This document shows positions 13,117 to 24,774 of a stretch of 40,655 nucleotides of DNA, one piece after another. The notes under the pieces were generated by a model, which did no database searches, was not told where the DNA came from, and saw nothing but the letters and a program-made list of their open reading frames with translations. Positions within the stretch are counted from its first letter, which is position 1, and the number at the start of each line of letters is the position of its first letter. Position numbers and translations under genes: made by a program. Origin of the DNA: Patellaria atrata CBS 101060. Its lineage: Eukaryota. Location of the stretch: NCBI GenBank assembly GCA_010093705.1, contig MU006102.1, positions 629,548 to 670,202 on the forward strand. Direction: 5' to 3'.

Positions 13117-13269
13117 GGACCTGTGGCGCAGTGGTGGGAAACCCCCACCACACCGAATCGGGCCTAACTCACCAACACGTCCTGAGTTCGATCCTCGGCC
13201 CTGTCCGGGTCCAGCAGACTACCACGTACCTCTTCGGAGGGCGTGGGAACTGTTTTGCTTATTTTTTTT
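13117..13269 (+). ncRNA. Putative Pol III-transcribed, tRNA-derived structured ncRNA (or SINE/pseudo-tRNA)
   Basis: A box TGGCGCAGTGG (13124-13134); T-arm/B box CTGAG-TTCGATC-CTCGG (13182-13198); 7-bp stem GGACCTG/CGGGTCC; downstream hairpin capped by C-TTCG-G; T8 at 13262-13269. It does not fold as a canonical cloverleaf. Confidence 0.6.
13262..13269 (+). terminator. Putative Pol III terminator (T8)
   Basis: TTTTTTTT directly after the 3' hairpin of an element carrying A and B boxes. Confidence 0.55.
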
Positions 13270-13896
13270 ATTCATCTTGGAGATGTGGGGAGAGGGAATG
13301 AAGTTTTGATTTGGGATGGAAAGGGAAAGTGTGGTTGGGATAGGAGAGCGCTGCACATGTGGTTGGCTGATACCCCTTTTTTGGAGGGAATGAGCGTGCT
13401 TTTGTCTTTAGCAGGGTGATGGATTCGTTCATGAGATTAGGGTGTAATGGATGATGGATCAGGTGGGCATTCCGTTTCCGTTGATCTCGGAGGGTGGAGT
13501 ATTAGACATAACGTACGCTGCAGTTAATAGGGTGCTACGTGGTATCCTTGATATACATTGACAGATAATGGAATAGAAGGTAGGCCGGACAATTTAGTAT
13601 AATGAGAGGGAGGAGATTGACTAATATCGGTCTAATTGTGATGGTAAGGCGTGAGGAGTGAATCGGGAAGATAGAAATGATAATAAGGAGAGGTGGGAAA
13701 AGAGTGTGGAAAGTGTTATTAGGTATAGATGTTATCTATATTAGTATTAGACATTATATGCGAGTTTAGTGCCCTCAATCATACCTTACATTTCGCCGAT
13801 GAAAATGCTACACTATCCTAACCTCTCTCTCCTCCAAACGCCCGTACAATACCATTACCACATAAGATATCTACAAATCCCCCTTTTCCTCGCCAC

Positions 13897-15490
13897 TCAA
13901 GCCCTCAACTCACTTAAAATGTACGGACCAATAACCATAACAGCCTTCCAAAACACGCCGATCCCATTAACCAACTCCACCGGCTTCATAAATAGACTCG
14001 CGGCGCATATCCTGAGCCAAATCGCATACAGTGCAACGGTGAAGAAATGATAAACAAGCACGAGCGGATTACGTATAATGCCGGCGAGCAGACCAGACGG
14101 TTCAGAAACACGGATCCCACCCAGCTGGAAATATCGAAAGCAGCCGTTCTGGAGTGTGCGGAGATGTGCATCGTCAGCAGCGAAAAGGCTGTATAGCGCC
14201 ATCGCCAGGATATTAATTATCGAAGTGAGGTTTTTCCGTCGCCAGTGAAAGGTCTTCATCTGTTTGAGTACTGCTTTCGTGTTGTCGAATGAGGGTACTT
14301 GCTCAGGGCTTAGGAGTTGCGAGAGCAGGAGCGCATCGTTGAACGCAACAGTCATGCCGCCCCCTGTTAGGGGATGGCGCATGTTCATCGCGTCTCCTAG
14401 GATAATCATGCCAGGTATTCTGGCGGTGCTGGGAGGGAGGTAGCTGTTGGGCATGCTCCGCAGTTTTCCTTCTTCGAGAGCGGCTTTGAAGCTGGGGCGA
14501 ACGGATTCGGGAAGGGAGGGGAGGACGAAATTTTGCATGTGGCCCTTTACACCACCGTTTTTGACGGATGCGGACGCGCAGTTCTCGGGAATGTCGATTA
14601 GTATGCGAGTTTCGCGGGTTCCGATTTGGTAGATGAGGATTGGGGGACCGTCGGAAAGGACCACATGTCCGTGGAAAGGGCAGGGGAGAACGGTGTCGAT
14701 GAGTTCTAGTCCCCAAAACTTTGATCTTACGACAGGATTGTGAGGGATGTTCTCTTTGCGAAATTTAGAGGCGTAACCGTCGGCTATGATCGTTAAGCTG
14801 CCAAAAAACTATGATTGTAGAGGTCAGCAATACGTCTCAGGGGTGACCCGTATAGATGGACATACATAGTCTTTCTTCCCCCCCGTGGAACACTCTACTC
14901 CTAAAACCTGGCCGACATAATTATCCTTTATCAGGTCTACTGCGGTAGTCTCTACAACGGTCACATTTAGACACCTCATCGCCGCCACACGTAACTTTTG
15001 GACAAATTGCCCGTGGTGGAAGGATCGCCCCTCAGGTCTCGTTCCATCGGCGTTTTGTGGATATGGTATGTGTACAGGCTCCCCATAATAGGAGACCTCA
15101 TACCCCTTGCACACAACCGCATCGATATCCTCGAGACACTCTGTATAGCGCAAGCACATTGATCAGCCCCATCCACTCCCTACTATGATGACCTGCTCTT
15201 CGCAGAATGAACTAACCTCCCAACCCCAATTCTCTCAAAGCACGTACTCCACCGGGTTGCAGCAGTTCCCCGACTATTCTATCTGGCGTCTTTAAGCTAC
15301 GTTCTAGCAAAAGCACACTCCGCCCCTGCTTTCCCATTGCCACGGCAATCGCACAGCCAAAAATACCAGCCCCGACGATGACGATATCAGCATCATGGTG
15401 AAGTCTTCTTCTTTCTTCGCGCGGATCTAGGGGCGCGTTTGAGGAGGTGGCAGATGTTGCGACGGACGGCGAATCGAGCATTAGCGGCAT
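13897..15490 (-). CDS. ERG1: Squalene epoxidase (squalene monooxygenase), 3 exons
   Basis: Exons 15490-15217, 15140-14866 and 14808-13897. Motifs IVGAGIFG (FAD binding), PDRIVGELLQPGG, IADGYASKFR, LGDAMNMRHPLTGGGMTVA and INILAMALYSLFAA, plus hydrophobic C-terminal helices. Confidence 0.97.
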
Positions 15491-16363
15491 TATATAATGG
15501 CCTCAAAAGCTGGTAATCACGTGGCGATTGTAGGTTCAGACGATAAAGGAGCTCAGGGAAACGACAGTGGTTACGGGCGGCGCGTTATGTGTAAATTGTA
15601 GGGAGACGTAGTGAGAGGGAGGAAGAATTATTGGATATGGTAGCGAAATCGGGGTATAGCGGCGCAATATATTTGCCTGAAGGGGTAACGAGATGAGCGG
15701 CGGGAGGTCAACTGAAAGTCGGGGGAGCCAAGAGAAAATGAAATAAAAAGTCTGTGCTCACTTGGGTGCAAACGGTACGGTTAGAGACGTTGGGTTTTCA
15801 CATGCGTTTCTCACACCACCGTCAGAGGTGAGATGATTATGGAAGGCTAGAGGTCAATTCGTGTAATTCCCGTGATCCCTACATAAAAGGGAGCAAATAT
15901 ATTACAGAGAGTACTTACAATGCGTCCCTCAGCATGAACAGTTATCCATTATCTCTATTGTTATGGTTTTATATTTATTGTTTATCCCTTTAACTCTTGT
16001 TGTATATATAAACCGATCACAATAAAGTATGTTGCTCCTACTGAAGTAGCATGGCTCCCTTGAATCAAGAGTATGCTGAAGACTATTCAGAGCCATTCCC
16101 TCTTCCCTGGTTCAGTACCAGGGCGAACCATAGACGGGGAGAGTCTGGCTTTATAGTAGGGTGTTACAATATAACATTGGTCACTATACCGACGCAGGGC
16201 GACGAAGGGGTTGGATCGAAGAGTTTATTGTAGATATAGTTACTTGTTACACTAACATACACATTATGTGCTCTTTGCGAGTCTTTCTTTTCTAGCCCGT
16301 CGCCCAGACTCTGTGCAAGTACAATTGCATGAAATATTACATTGGTAAAGTGACTTCTCTTGA

Positions 16364-18235
16364 CTAGATCAACGCCTGTCCCTTGAACATCCCCTCTCTA
16401 ACCTCTTTCACGACATCCCTTCTATCTCCTTTGCCCACTAAGACCACACCTCTACCTCTTCTTCCCATTCGTCCTGTCCGCCCAAGACGATGGATAAAGT
16501 CAATGGTGGTATGCGGTACATCATAAAGTATGACATGCTTGACGGCTGTCGTATCAATGCCTCTTGATCCAAGATCTGTCATCACTAAAACCTTAACATT
16601 TGCGAGACGTCGCTTCCCCATCACACCAGGCGTAAAAGTTGCTGTTCCAGGAGCTGGTGGTTCATTATATGGAGATATATTGGGTTGTGCGCCTTTGAAT
16701 TCTGCTAACAACTTAGTATGTCGTTCCTTCTCAGCGTCACGATTCAACGCCACGGCATCTATGCCCTTAGTGACAAGGTAGTCTGCGACTTCAACCGTCT
16801 TCTCGCGTTCATTCACGAATACAATGACACGCTTCATGCTAGCATGCTCTGCTTCAAAATTTTCATATTCGTCAGGTAGCTTGCTAATGTTCCAGATCGT
16901 CTCTGCGCAGGCTAGATTTTTGTTGCCCCTATATGGCTCCTTGTCCGCGTCTACGACGCCGAGTTGAACTCTGCGTGGGATAGCGTGCAAATTTGGCGTA
17001 ACCAACCGACGAAGGTCGGGGAAGCGATTGCGGAGGAAGGAGTCGAGCGACTTGGGGATGGTAGCGGAGCAGAGGATAAGTTGTTTGAGTGACGGTGTGG
17101 CTTTATCTAGAATCTCGGATGTGAGTGGTGAGAAGGAGCGGTCAAGGAGGGAATCAGCTTCATCGACTACCAAATGAGATACACGGCTAAGAACATTGGG
17201 ATCACTCTCTGCGATGCTAGCGAGAAGGTGAGGAGTGGAAATGACGATGTCAATTCCGGATGGTGAAAATAGACGATTTCGAATGACAGTAGGAGAGTAT
17301 GCGGCTGAGATAGGAGAAGCCTTAAACTTGACAGTATGTGAGAAGGCTTTTGCGAGGGAACCAACTTGCGCAACGAGCTCGGCGGTTGGCACGAGAATGA
17401 CTGCGCGAGGTCTACCAGTTGAGGGATGAGGTGCATCCACTGGTGGAGATGGAAGCTCGTACATATTCGCAGGGGCATTCTTCTCCCGCTCTGCTTGTTC
17501 CCGACCCTTTTCTTGGGCTTCTTCTTCAGCTTCCACCGCTTCAGCTCGTTTTATTGCATCAATCACAGGTAGAAGATATGCCATTGTTTTTCCAGAACCC
17601 GTCTCAGCTGCTAGTAGAAACTGTTCCATCTGGCCACTCTTCTGCCTGGGCCGACCGTACGTTCCAAGTATGGCCGGTATCGCCAACCTTTGCACCGCTG
17701 TTGGCGTGATCTCCTTCAGTCCTGGAAGTGCTTGTGACGTTATAGAGTCTTGAACCGATTTCGATAACCCGAGTAGCCCGAAGGAGTCAATTCCAGCTAG
17801 TGTTCTCTTGATAGCCGTACGATGTCCATATGAGACTGATCCCAGCGCCCTTTGCATCTTCAACGCATGATAACCATCTCTTTGCTTCTTTGGCGCCGAC
17901 TCCCTCCCTCTCGTGGAACGTTTGACTTCAGGTTGAGACCTTTTATTATATGGTTCTTGGTTTGGCCTGATATTGGCACTCGTCTGATTTAGCGCCCCAA
18001 ATGGACCATTGGTCTTCCGTTTAACAGGCTTCCCGCTCGACGTTTGTTTCGGAGTTGATTGGGCGACTCGATGAGAGAGCTCCATGCGTGATGGTTTGCG
18101 CTTCTGCAGCAAAGCTACTGATCTTGCTTGCGTCCATGATGCTGAGGAAGCGAAAGCTTGCGCTCTGGATCTAGGTAGAGAGAATAGTGATCTAATCTCA
18201 CAAAAAGGACATGCCTGGGATGAAGCCCGGATCAT
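16364..18235 (-). CDS. MRH4: Mitochondrial DEAD-box RNA helicase MRH4-like, single exon
   Basis: Motifs PTAVQ, AETGSGKT, LVPTAEL, STPHLL, VDEAD, SAT, DLGSRGID and HRLGRTGRMGRRG. N-terminus is basic and presequence-like. First ATG at 18235. Confidence 0.88.
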   Translation of the reverse strand: MIRASSQACPFCEIRSLFSLPRSRAQAFASSASWTQARSVALLQKRKPSRMELSHRVAQSTPKQTSSGKPVKRKTNGPFGALNQTSANIRPNQEPYNKRSQPEVKRSTRGRESAPKKQRDGYHALKMQRALGSVSYGHRTAIKRTLAGIDSFGLLGLSKSVQDSITSQALPGLKEITPTAVQRLAIPAILGTYGRPRQKSGQMEQFLLAAETGSGKTMAYLLPVIDAIKRAEAVEAEEEAQEKGREQAEREKNAPANMYELPSPPVDAPHPSTGRPRAVILVPTAELVAQVGSLAKAFSHTVKFKASPISAAYSPTVIRNRLFSPSGIDIVISTPHLLASIAESDPNVLSRVSHLVVDEADSLLDRSFSPLTSEILDKATPSLKQLILCSATIPKSLDSFLRNRFPDLRRLVTPNLHAIPRRVQLGVVDADKEPYRGNKNLACAETIWNISKLPDEYENFEAEHASMKRVIVFVNEREKTVEVADYLVTKGIDAVALNRDAEKERHTKLLAEFKGAQPNISPYNEPPAPGTATFTPGVMGKRRLANVKVLVMTDLGSRGIDTTAVKHVILYDVPHTTIDFIHRLGRTGRMGRRGRGVVLVGKGDRRDVVKEVREGMFKGQALI

Positions 18236-18740
18236 ATCCACGCGAGATGATGAATCTAATATAAAATAGAAAGAGAGAGTTGAACAAGCGAGTGTGAATA
18301 ATAAGGAGAGGAGACGGGAGTAATTCTATCTGTGGCGTAAGAAATATTTTAGATGTGGCTCCCTTAGTAAGAGACGCGGGTGTCACGGGACGGGAGCTCG
18401 CGGTGGTCGTGGCGCAAGCGATGGTTGCCCCACGCAACAGCCGTGGCCTGTTTGAGCAACAATAGAACGCTCTAATATCATCCTCCACCTCACACTCACC
18501 AGCCTTCACCACCTGAACTTTCACTCACTACCCCTAATTTTTTACTCAATTGTACAAGGCGAACGCTCTTCCGCTTCTACATGCGAGCGTTAATCCCTCG
18601 CTCTATAATCTTCTTGTGGAATTTGATTTGACTTTACGTCTCTCATCTTCGCATCGTTGACGCTACTCGCACTCTTTACGCGCACATTCCAGAGCTGCAT
18701 ATTTCGTTGCGCACAAACACAGGTATCGTTCAGCTTCAAT

Positions 18741-21700
18741 ATGCCCTCGGAGGGGGTAAGCTACTATTCAATTTCATTGCCATCTCCTATGTTGATGTTC
18801 GTATAGGTACAGCCTCTGCGCATAAACAAAGGCACAACCAACACGTCGCCATCGAAGATGTCGCGACCATTATCAGAGATTAGTCCGATGGAGCGTCGGA
18901 GGAACTCTCCTAGCTTTAATCAAGTAACAAAGGTACGCTTGTAATACATGCCTTGCAGTCGCTTTAACCTGCCTCGAATTTGTACTTATCTTGTATCGCA
19001 GCAAACGATGTTCAACAGAGACACATCTCCCTATGAGACATCTCCATTCACGAATTCCCCTCGTCTCTTCTGGAAGAATCGCGACCCCACATCTCCGGGG
19101 AGGTTTTCGGAGAACACATTCGAGAGAGAGACGACTCCATCTTCTTCACCACGTCGTTCATCCATTGAGAATTTGAAGAAGGCCTCTCGAGTCAAAAGCT
19201 CTACAATGTTTGCTCGCGAACAGCAACAAGAGTACGATCCATCTCAGGTGCCTGTCGTTGAACGCCCATTAGCATCTGGACGCCCTCTAACACTCCAATC
19301 ACCAATTGGCTCTATCACCAGCTACACTACCAATAGTCCACTGAAGGAGAACGCGGGATTCAAGGGTCATCGCAGAGGTGAGAGTCAAAGCAAGATTCCG
19401 CTGCTTAGTCCATCAAAGCAGCAGAATAAGGTTTTAGCGGATATTTCTCAGCCATCCTCACCGACAAAGTCGCCTGCTCGAGAGGGAGCAGCGTCCCCTA
19501 CAAAGTCTTCCCTAAGCCAAACCAGCCGATATAACATCAACAAGCAATATGAACCTGACACATCGATGTTCTCAGATGATGAGGATATCCGATCTTCCAC
19601 CCCTCGCACCCTTCGTCGCCTAGCAAAGAGTGTTACGTTTGATACTGCTCCACCAGAGATTAACGAGTACGAAATGGTCACACCGGATCCTTCGTCTATC
19701 GCATCAGGATCTCGTGAAGGAAGCTATGACTCTGAAGATTACGAAGATGAGTTCAGCTTCGAAAGAGGGTCATCCATCGACAAAGATGATAGTTTCGATG
19801 CATCTTTGGAAGATACAGACAAGACTCCAGTTGTATTGCCTGGCGATTGGCGCCATATGAGCCCTAGTGCGGCGAACACGTCTTTAGCAGACACGTTTGA
19901 TGATCCCTTTCAACCAAATGAGACTAGCCCTTCGGCAACTCCGCGTCGACCAGCCAATTTGCGCTCTGGGTCTTTGAATTCTGATGGAGAGGCTCGTCCC
20001 CTACCACCATTACCGGGAGTAACCAAGTCTCCCAGCAGAAGAGAGTCTGGCACAGGCCTTACTGAGACTGCGGATCGTATTAATCACGCTCAACGGTCAA
20101 GAGGTTCACTTGGTACTCCTGAAGTTTCCAAGTCAGATATCCTCAAGATGCGAGGAGATTCCATGTCGCTGGATGATCGTCTTCGTCTCATGGGAATCGG
20201 AGACTCTAGAGACTCTCTTCCTTCGCGCCAACAGATGAGGAAGGACCAAGGATTGGGCATCCAAGTCCATGTTGATGAGATTGAAAAGGAGGAGACCTCC
20301 GTTCTCGACGAGTTCAGCATTCCACAGATATCTAGAGAATCCATTCTACGTAGAGTTAAGAGCCGAAATTTCGAAGATGAACAAGACTACGACTACGGCT
20401 CAACCCGATCCAGCCCAGAACGGACATACGACGATATTACCGACCTCACCAATCTTGATCCTGATATTCCTATCCCTTCGCGAGAGAATTCATCTCAGTT
20501 TGATCAGTATGTGGCGTCACATCCTATCAAGCGAGAATATGATAGTGAGAGCGAGAGTGAGTTGGATGTATACGACATTCCCGACATGTATAGTACTGAA
20601 CCTTCGCCCGCACGCAATGATGTGAGCGAACGAGAGACATCCGTTATCCATCACGAAATTCCTCGAGATACAGAGGATGATGAAGAAAGCAGATATTCCT
20701 CCCAGTCTGATGAAGAGAATCCAACGCAAGTCCTTTCGCATAGCACAACTGATGATGAGGGACCACCAACACCTAAGCAACAAGACTTTTCCGCACGTAA
20801 GCTCGAACCCGAATCTACGAAGACTCAACCTGAGGAATCGAAGCGTATGAGTCTTCCAGAATTCTCAGAGTTTCTCAACAACAGTGATTTTAACTTTGAA
20901 TTCCGAAACTACACTGCTCCCACAGCAAATGAAATCCCTAAACTTGCTCCTCTCAAGACAGTTGAGGTAGAAGCTATGCGGGAAGCACTTCAGAGGTCTC
21001 TTTCTCCGGTCTCCTCGTTGGGGGAAGAGCTAGAGCCTCCTAAGATACCGGGAATAGGTTCAGATAGTGAAGGGTCGAGATGCGATACCCCTGATTCTGT
21101 AAATTCTGTAATCCGTCATCCGATTGAGCCTGTACAAAGGGACTCCCCGAGTATCCCTGAGCCAGTTGCGACTATCAAAGCTCCTGGTGGAAAGTTGAAG
21201 ACACGATCTTCCATTTCACCCGCTGATGCGAAAGCTATTGCTGCCGCAAGACGTCAAGTGAGCGGTGAACACCCCCCCCCACCACCAATTCCGGCTAGAA
21301 ATGCGAATCGCCTTTCATTGAACTTGGAGTCAAGACCAGAATCTAGTGGATCTGAAGGGTCAAGTTTTGGTATAACACAAGGAGAAGGCTCTGCGGTAAA
21401 GAGAACGGGAAGTTTAAAGAAATTAGATGTTCCAGTATCCGGAATCAGTGATGATCTCAGCTTTGGGCTGGATAAAGAGTTCGACAGAGTTATTGAAGCT
21501 CAAAAGGTAGCACCACTTTTCCCTTTGCCCTCTCACGCAAAATTCCCACCATGTAACGCTCACGGTGGAGCGGAGTATACCGGCGTACAAGGTTTCACCC
21601 CTCAACAAATCCAGACTAACAACTATGTTCCTAAACAGAAAGGATATCTCATGCGACAGAATACGAAAGTTGTCGTAGCGAGTAGCCGTCAGTTTAGTGA

Positions 21701-23552
21701 CGAGAAAGCTCCTGGAGGTGCGCCGGCCGCATCAAGAGGCACTCGTTCAGCAAATAGCAGCCCAAGAAAACCTAGTGCTGAAAAGACCTTCACGACAGAG
21801 CCGTGGAATGGTAAGGTGAGACGTAAGAGCGTACGATCTAACTCCGGCAATGGACGCAGGCCAGTTACTGGTCCAGCACCTCCACTTCCAGGTCAAGAAA
21901 GTAATGTTGCTGGTGGCCTGGGCTCAGTTGCTGAGGATGCTGTAATCGACGACGATGAGTTTGATGATGGGGTCGAGCGTGGAAGGCTCTTTGCTAAGGT
22001 AGTAGGTGTCAAAGACCTTGACCTCCCGCTTCCCAAATGTGAGCATATGTTCTTCTTGTTGTCTTTGAATGTACTGACGCACATTAGCTGAACAAACCTG
22101 GTTTCAACTCACTCTCGATAATGGCCTTCACTGCGTAACGACCGCGTGGTTGGAGCTAGGCAGGAATGCGCCCATCGGTCAAGAGTTTGAGCTTACCGTA
22201 TATAAAGACCTTGAATTTCATCTTACCCTACAGACAAAGCTCGAACCTCCTCCTAAATCTCAGATGCGAACTCTGTACCAGCCAACAAAAGCGCCAAAAC
22301 AACACAAGTCTTCGACATTCAGTCGAGTTTTTGGCTCACCTAAGAAACGGAAGGAGCAAGAACGGAGACAGCAAGAAGAGGCTGAGCGCGAGGCTCAACG
22401 CCAACAAGCTGAACTAGATGCTCAACGAGCTAATCACCAGCCGACTGCTTGGGAGCTTCTCCACGATCTCGTGGGCCCCGATGGTTCTTTCGCGCGTGCT
22501 TACGTCTCGTTGAAGAACTATGAAGATCAAGCTTTCGGCAGGCCCTTCACTGTCGATGTTCCTTGCTTCAATGAGTGGGCGGTTGAAGATGCCTCTATTA
22601 ATAGCAGTGTCAAGAGCAAACGCGGTGGTGTAGTTCGAAGGCCTCCCTATATGGTTGGCAAATTGACCTTGCAATTGCTGTTTGTGCCGATGCCGAAGAA
22701 CGCAAAACAAGATGATATGCCCAAGAGCATGAACGCCTGTATCAGGGAGCTGAAGGAGGCTGAGGAGATCAAGTCTAAGTCGTGGGAGGGTCATTTGAGT
22801 CAACAAGGTGGCGATTGTCCAGTAAGTCTTAACTAGTCCTCGCCGTGCGGCCGTTCCTGAAGCATCTACTAATATGGTCATAGTACTGGCGTCGCCGCTT
22901 CTTCCGTCTGAACGGCACGAAGCTTACAGCTTATCATGAGACCACTCGACAACCTCGTGCGACTATCAACCTGGCTAAGGCCTCCAAGCTTATTGATGAC
23001 CGGTCGGCGCTGACCCAGCCAACTTCTACCAAGAGCGGTGGTAGACGCAAGTCTGCATTCTCAGAAGAGGAAGAAGGCTACATGTTTGTCGAAGAAGGAT
23101 TCAGGATTCGCTTTGCGAACGGCGAGACAATTGACTTTTACGCCGACAATGCAGCTGATAAGGAAGGTTGGATGAAGGTTCTCGCAGACTGCGTTGGCAA
23201 GGAAGCAGCACTCACCAAAGGTTGGGCAGATCTCGTCTTCCAGCACGAGAAGGCGATGCAAGCTGCGCAGAAAGCTCAGGTGCAGCAGCAGGAACCGGAA
23301 TACTGTCAGAATCCTGCAAGCTCCAGGAAAGCGGCACTCTCTCAACCGGAAATGCAGAATCACTCGAGGATAAAATCTGCGCCGAACAGTCCTGTGAAGC
23401 AGCATCGTGAGCGCAGGATGAGCGACATGGGTGAGTCGGCTATGGGGCGGCCCCCAGCAGTCCCAGCAAAGGAGAGGAAACCTATTCCTTCGAATCCTCG
23501 AGAGAGGAGGAACGTGCAGGCGAGGGATCAGATTAGGTCTATGATCTTCTAG
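18741..23552 (+). CDS. BUD4: Anillin-like bud site selection/septation protein BUD4 with C-terminal PH domain
   Basis: Exons 18741-18755, 18807-18932, 19002-21506, 21639-22038, 22088-22821 and 22884-23552 (21507-21638 may be retained). Motifs KSVTFD...EYEMVTPDPSS, GYLMRQNTKVVVAS, RGRLFAKVVGVKDLDLPLP, TLDNGLHCV, GQEFEL, and PH region EGHLSQQGGDCP|YWRRRFF...GFRIRFANGETIDFYAD. Confidence 0.92.
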
Positions 23553-24774
23553 AGCGTGGAAATCTTAAAAGTACTTTGGTGTCTGTTGTTTTGCTGGTGG
23601 ATGTTGGATTTGACTACCGTCATGCGTTTTCTTATGTGGCATAGATGATTTGATGTTACTCTTTCTGGTGTTTAATTTTTCTAGGTTTCGGTGGGTTGTA
23701 TATTTTATGCGGTATTCATTTGTCTTCATGATTAGGCGTTTGTTAGTATCATAGTATGGATGAGTTCGGTATGAGAGGCTGTATAATGAGTTACAGGATA
23801 GGAAATGAGATCAGCTTCTGTTGAAAAGTGACCCTGAAGTGAAGAGATGTGTGACTGTTGATACCGGTTAGTTGGTTCGAAATTTACTTCTCTGCTCGAA
23901 CTATAGTAGGGTGATATCTTTAGATATTCGTTGTCTATTATAAATACCATGTACTTTTTTCGATAAATACTTGTACTGTTCCTTGGGCGTCTAGGAGACC
24001 TGAGGCCAGGGATATCTCTTTACTTCAATTTCTAACAAAAATCTCCTTTCAAAAGTTTTCAAGTATAATATTCATTCTATTCTAGAGAAAACGACTGTGA
24101 GTAGAGAAAAATTGTGCGGAAGGGTGCGCTCTAGGAGAAAGTTGGCGCACATTTGCTCCTTGCTCAATTTTGCTATTCAGTAGAAATGCGTGGTAAATGG
24201 AACTAAGGTGGTTTTTCTTCCCAGTCGTACAATGGGGAATCATAAACAAGTGCTCTGTATAATCTACTCCTTTAGAATCGCATGGCTGTAAATATTTTGG
24301 GACTACTAACTCTGTTCCTTTATTCCCCTTATACTACCCTCTCTGTTCATTTAATCTCCTTGTACGGATGTTACTTGAATGAGGAAATTTGTAGAGAAAA
24401 TTGACACTATAAACTCTTTTGCGGTTTAAGTTAAGAGTCTATGGGAGACAGGTGGATCTGGAGCCAGACTGGAGAGAAGAAGCTGAAATGCTTTCTGACT
24501 GATAGATCGATCGGTGTTACTAAATCCCGAGCTTTTCCCTTTACTTTGTATTCATCCCGTTGGCATTGACTCAACTCAAGATTGATATGCAGGAAAGGAT
24601 TCGTGATTAAATAATGATGATCGGATTCTCAAATGGGAAGTTTCCTCAGCTCCTAGATCCCATCTTGCGCCCGCAACCCCTTTTACAGTGGGTCAATCTA
24701 AGATGATTTCCTCACGCCTAATTCATCCCCCTCCCACTCCTTTCCCCCGCCGATACCAGCAAAAGCATCAAACC

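Noticed and set aside
13117..13213. Canonical tRNA or tRNA-Sec (a TCA triplet occurs at 13169-13171)
   Set aside because: There is no D-stem 3' strand, no anticodon stem around the TCA and no 9/4 acceptor-T geometry, and 7 extra nt follow the T-arm.
13117..13260. HDV-like ribozyme (7-bp P1 and a TCCTCG segment)
   Set aside because: No properly spaced P3/L3 before the P1 3' strand, no GG for P1.1, and no P2 partner found.
14040..14230. Terbinafine-resistance substitutions in ERG1
   Set aside because: Residues judged by eye to match the known hotspots (L and F of LYSLF, CFRYF, the His of YHFF) look wild type. The M in LAMAL cannot be interpreted without an alignment.
15510..15665. SREBP-type sterol regulatory sites upstream of ERG1 (ATCACGTGG, ATCGGGGTAT)
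   Set aside because: Short imperfect matches that cannot be distinguished from chance without conservation data.
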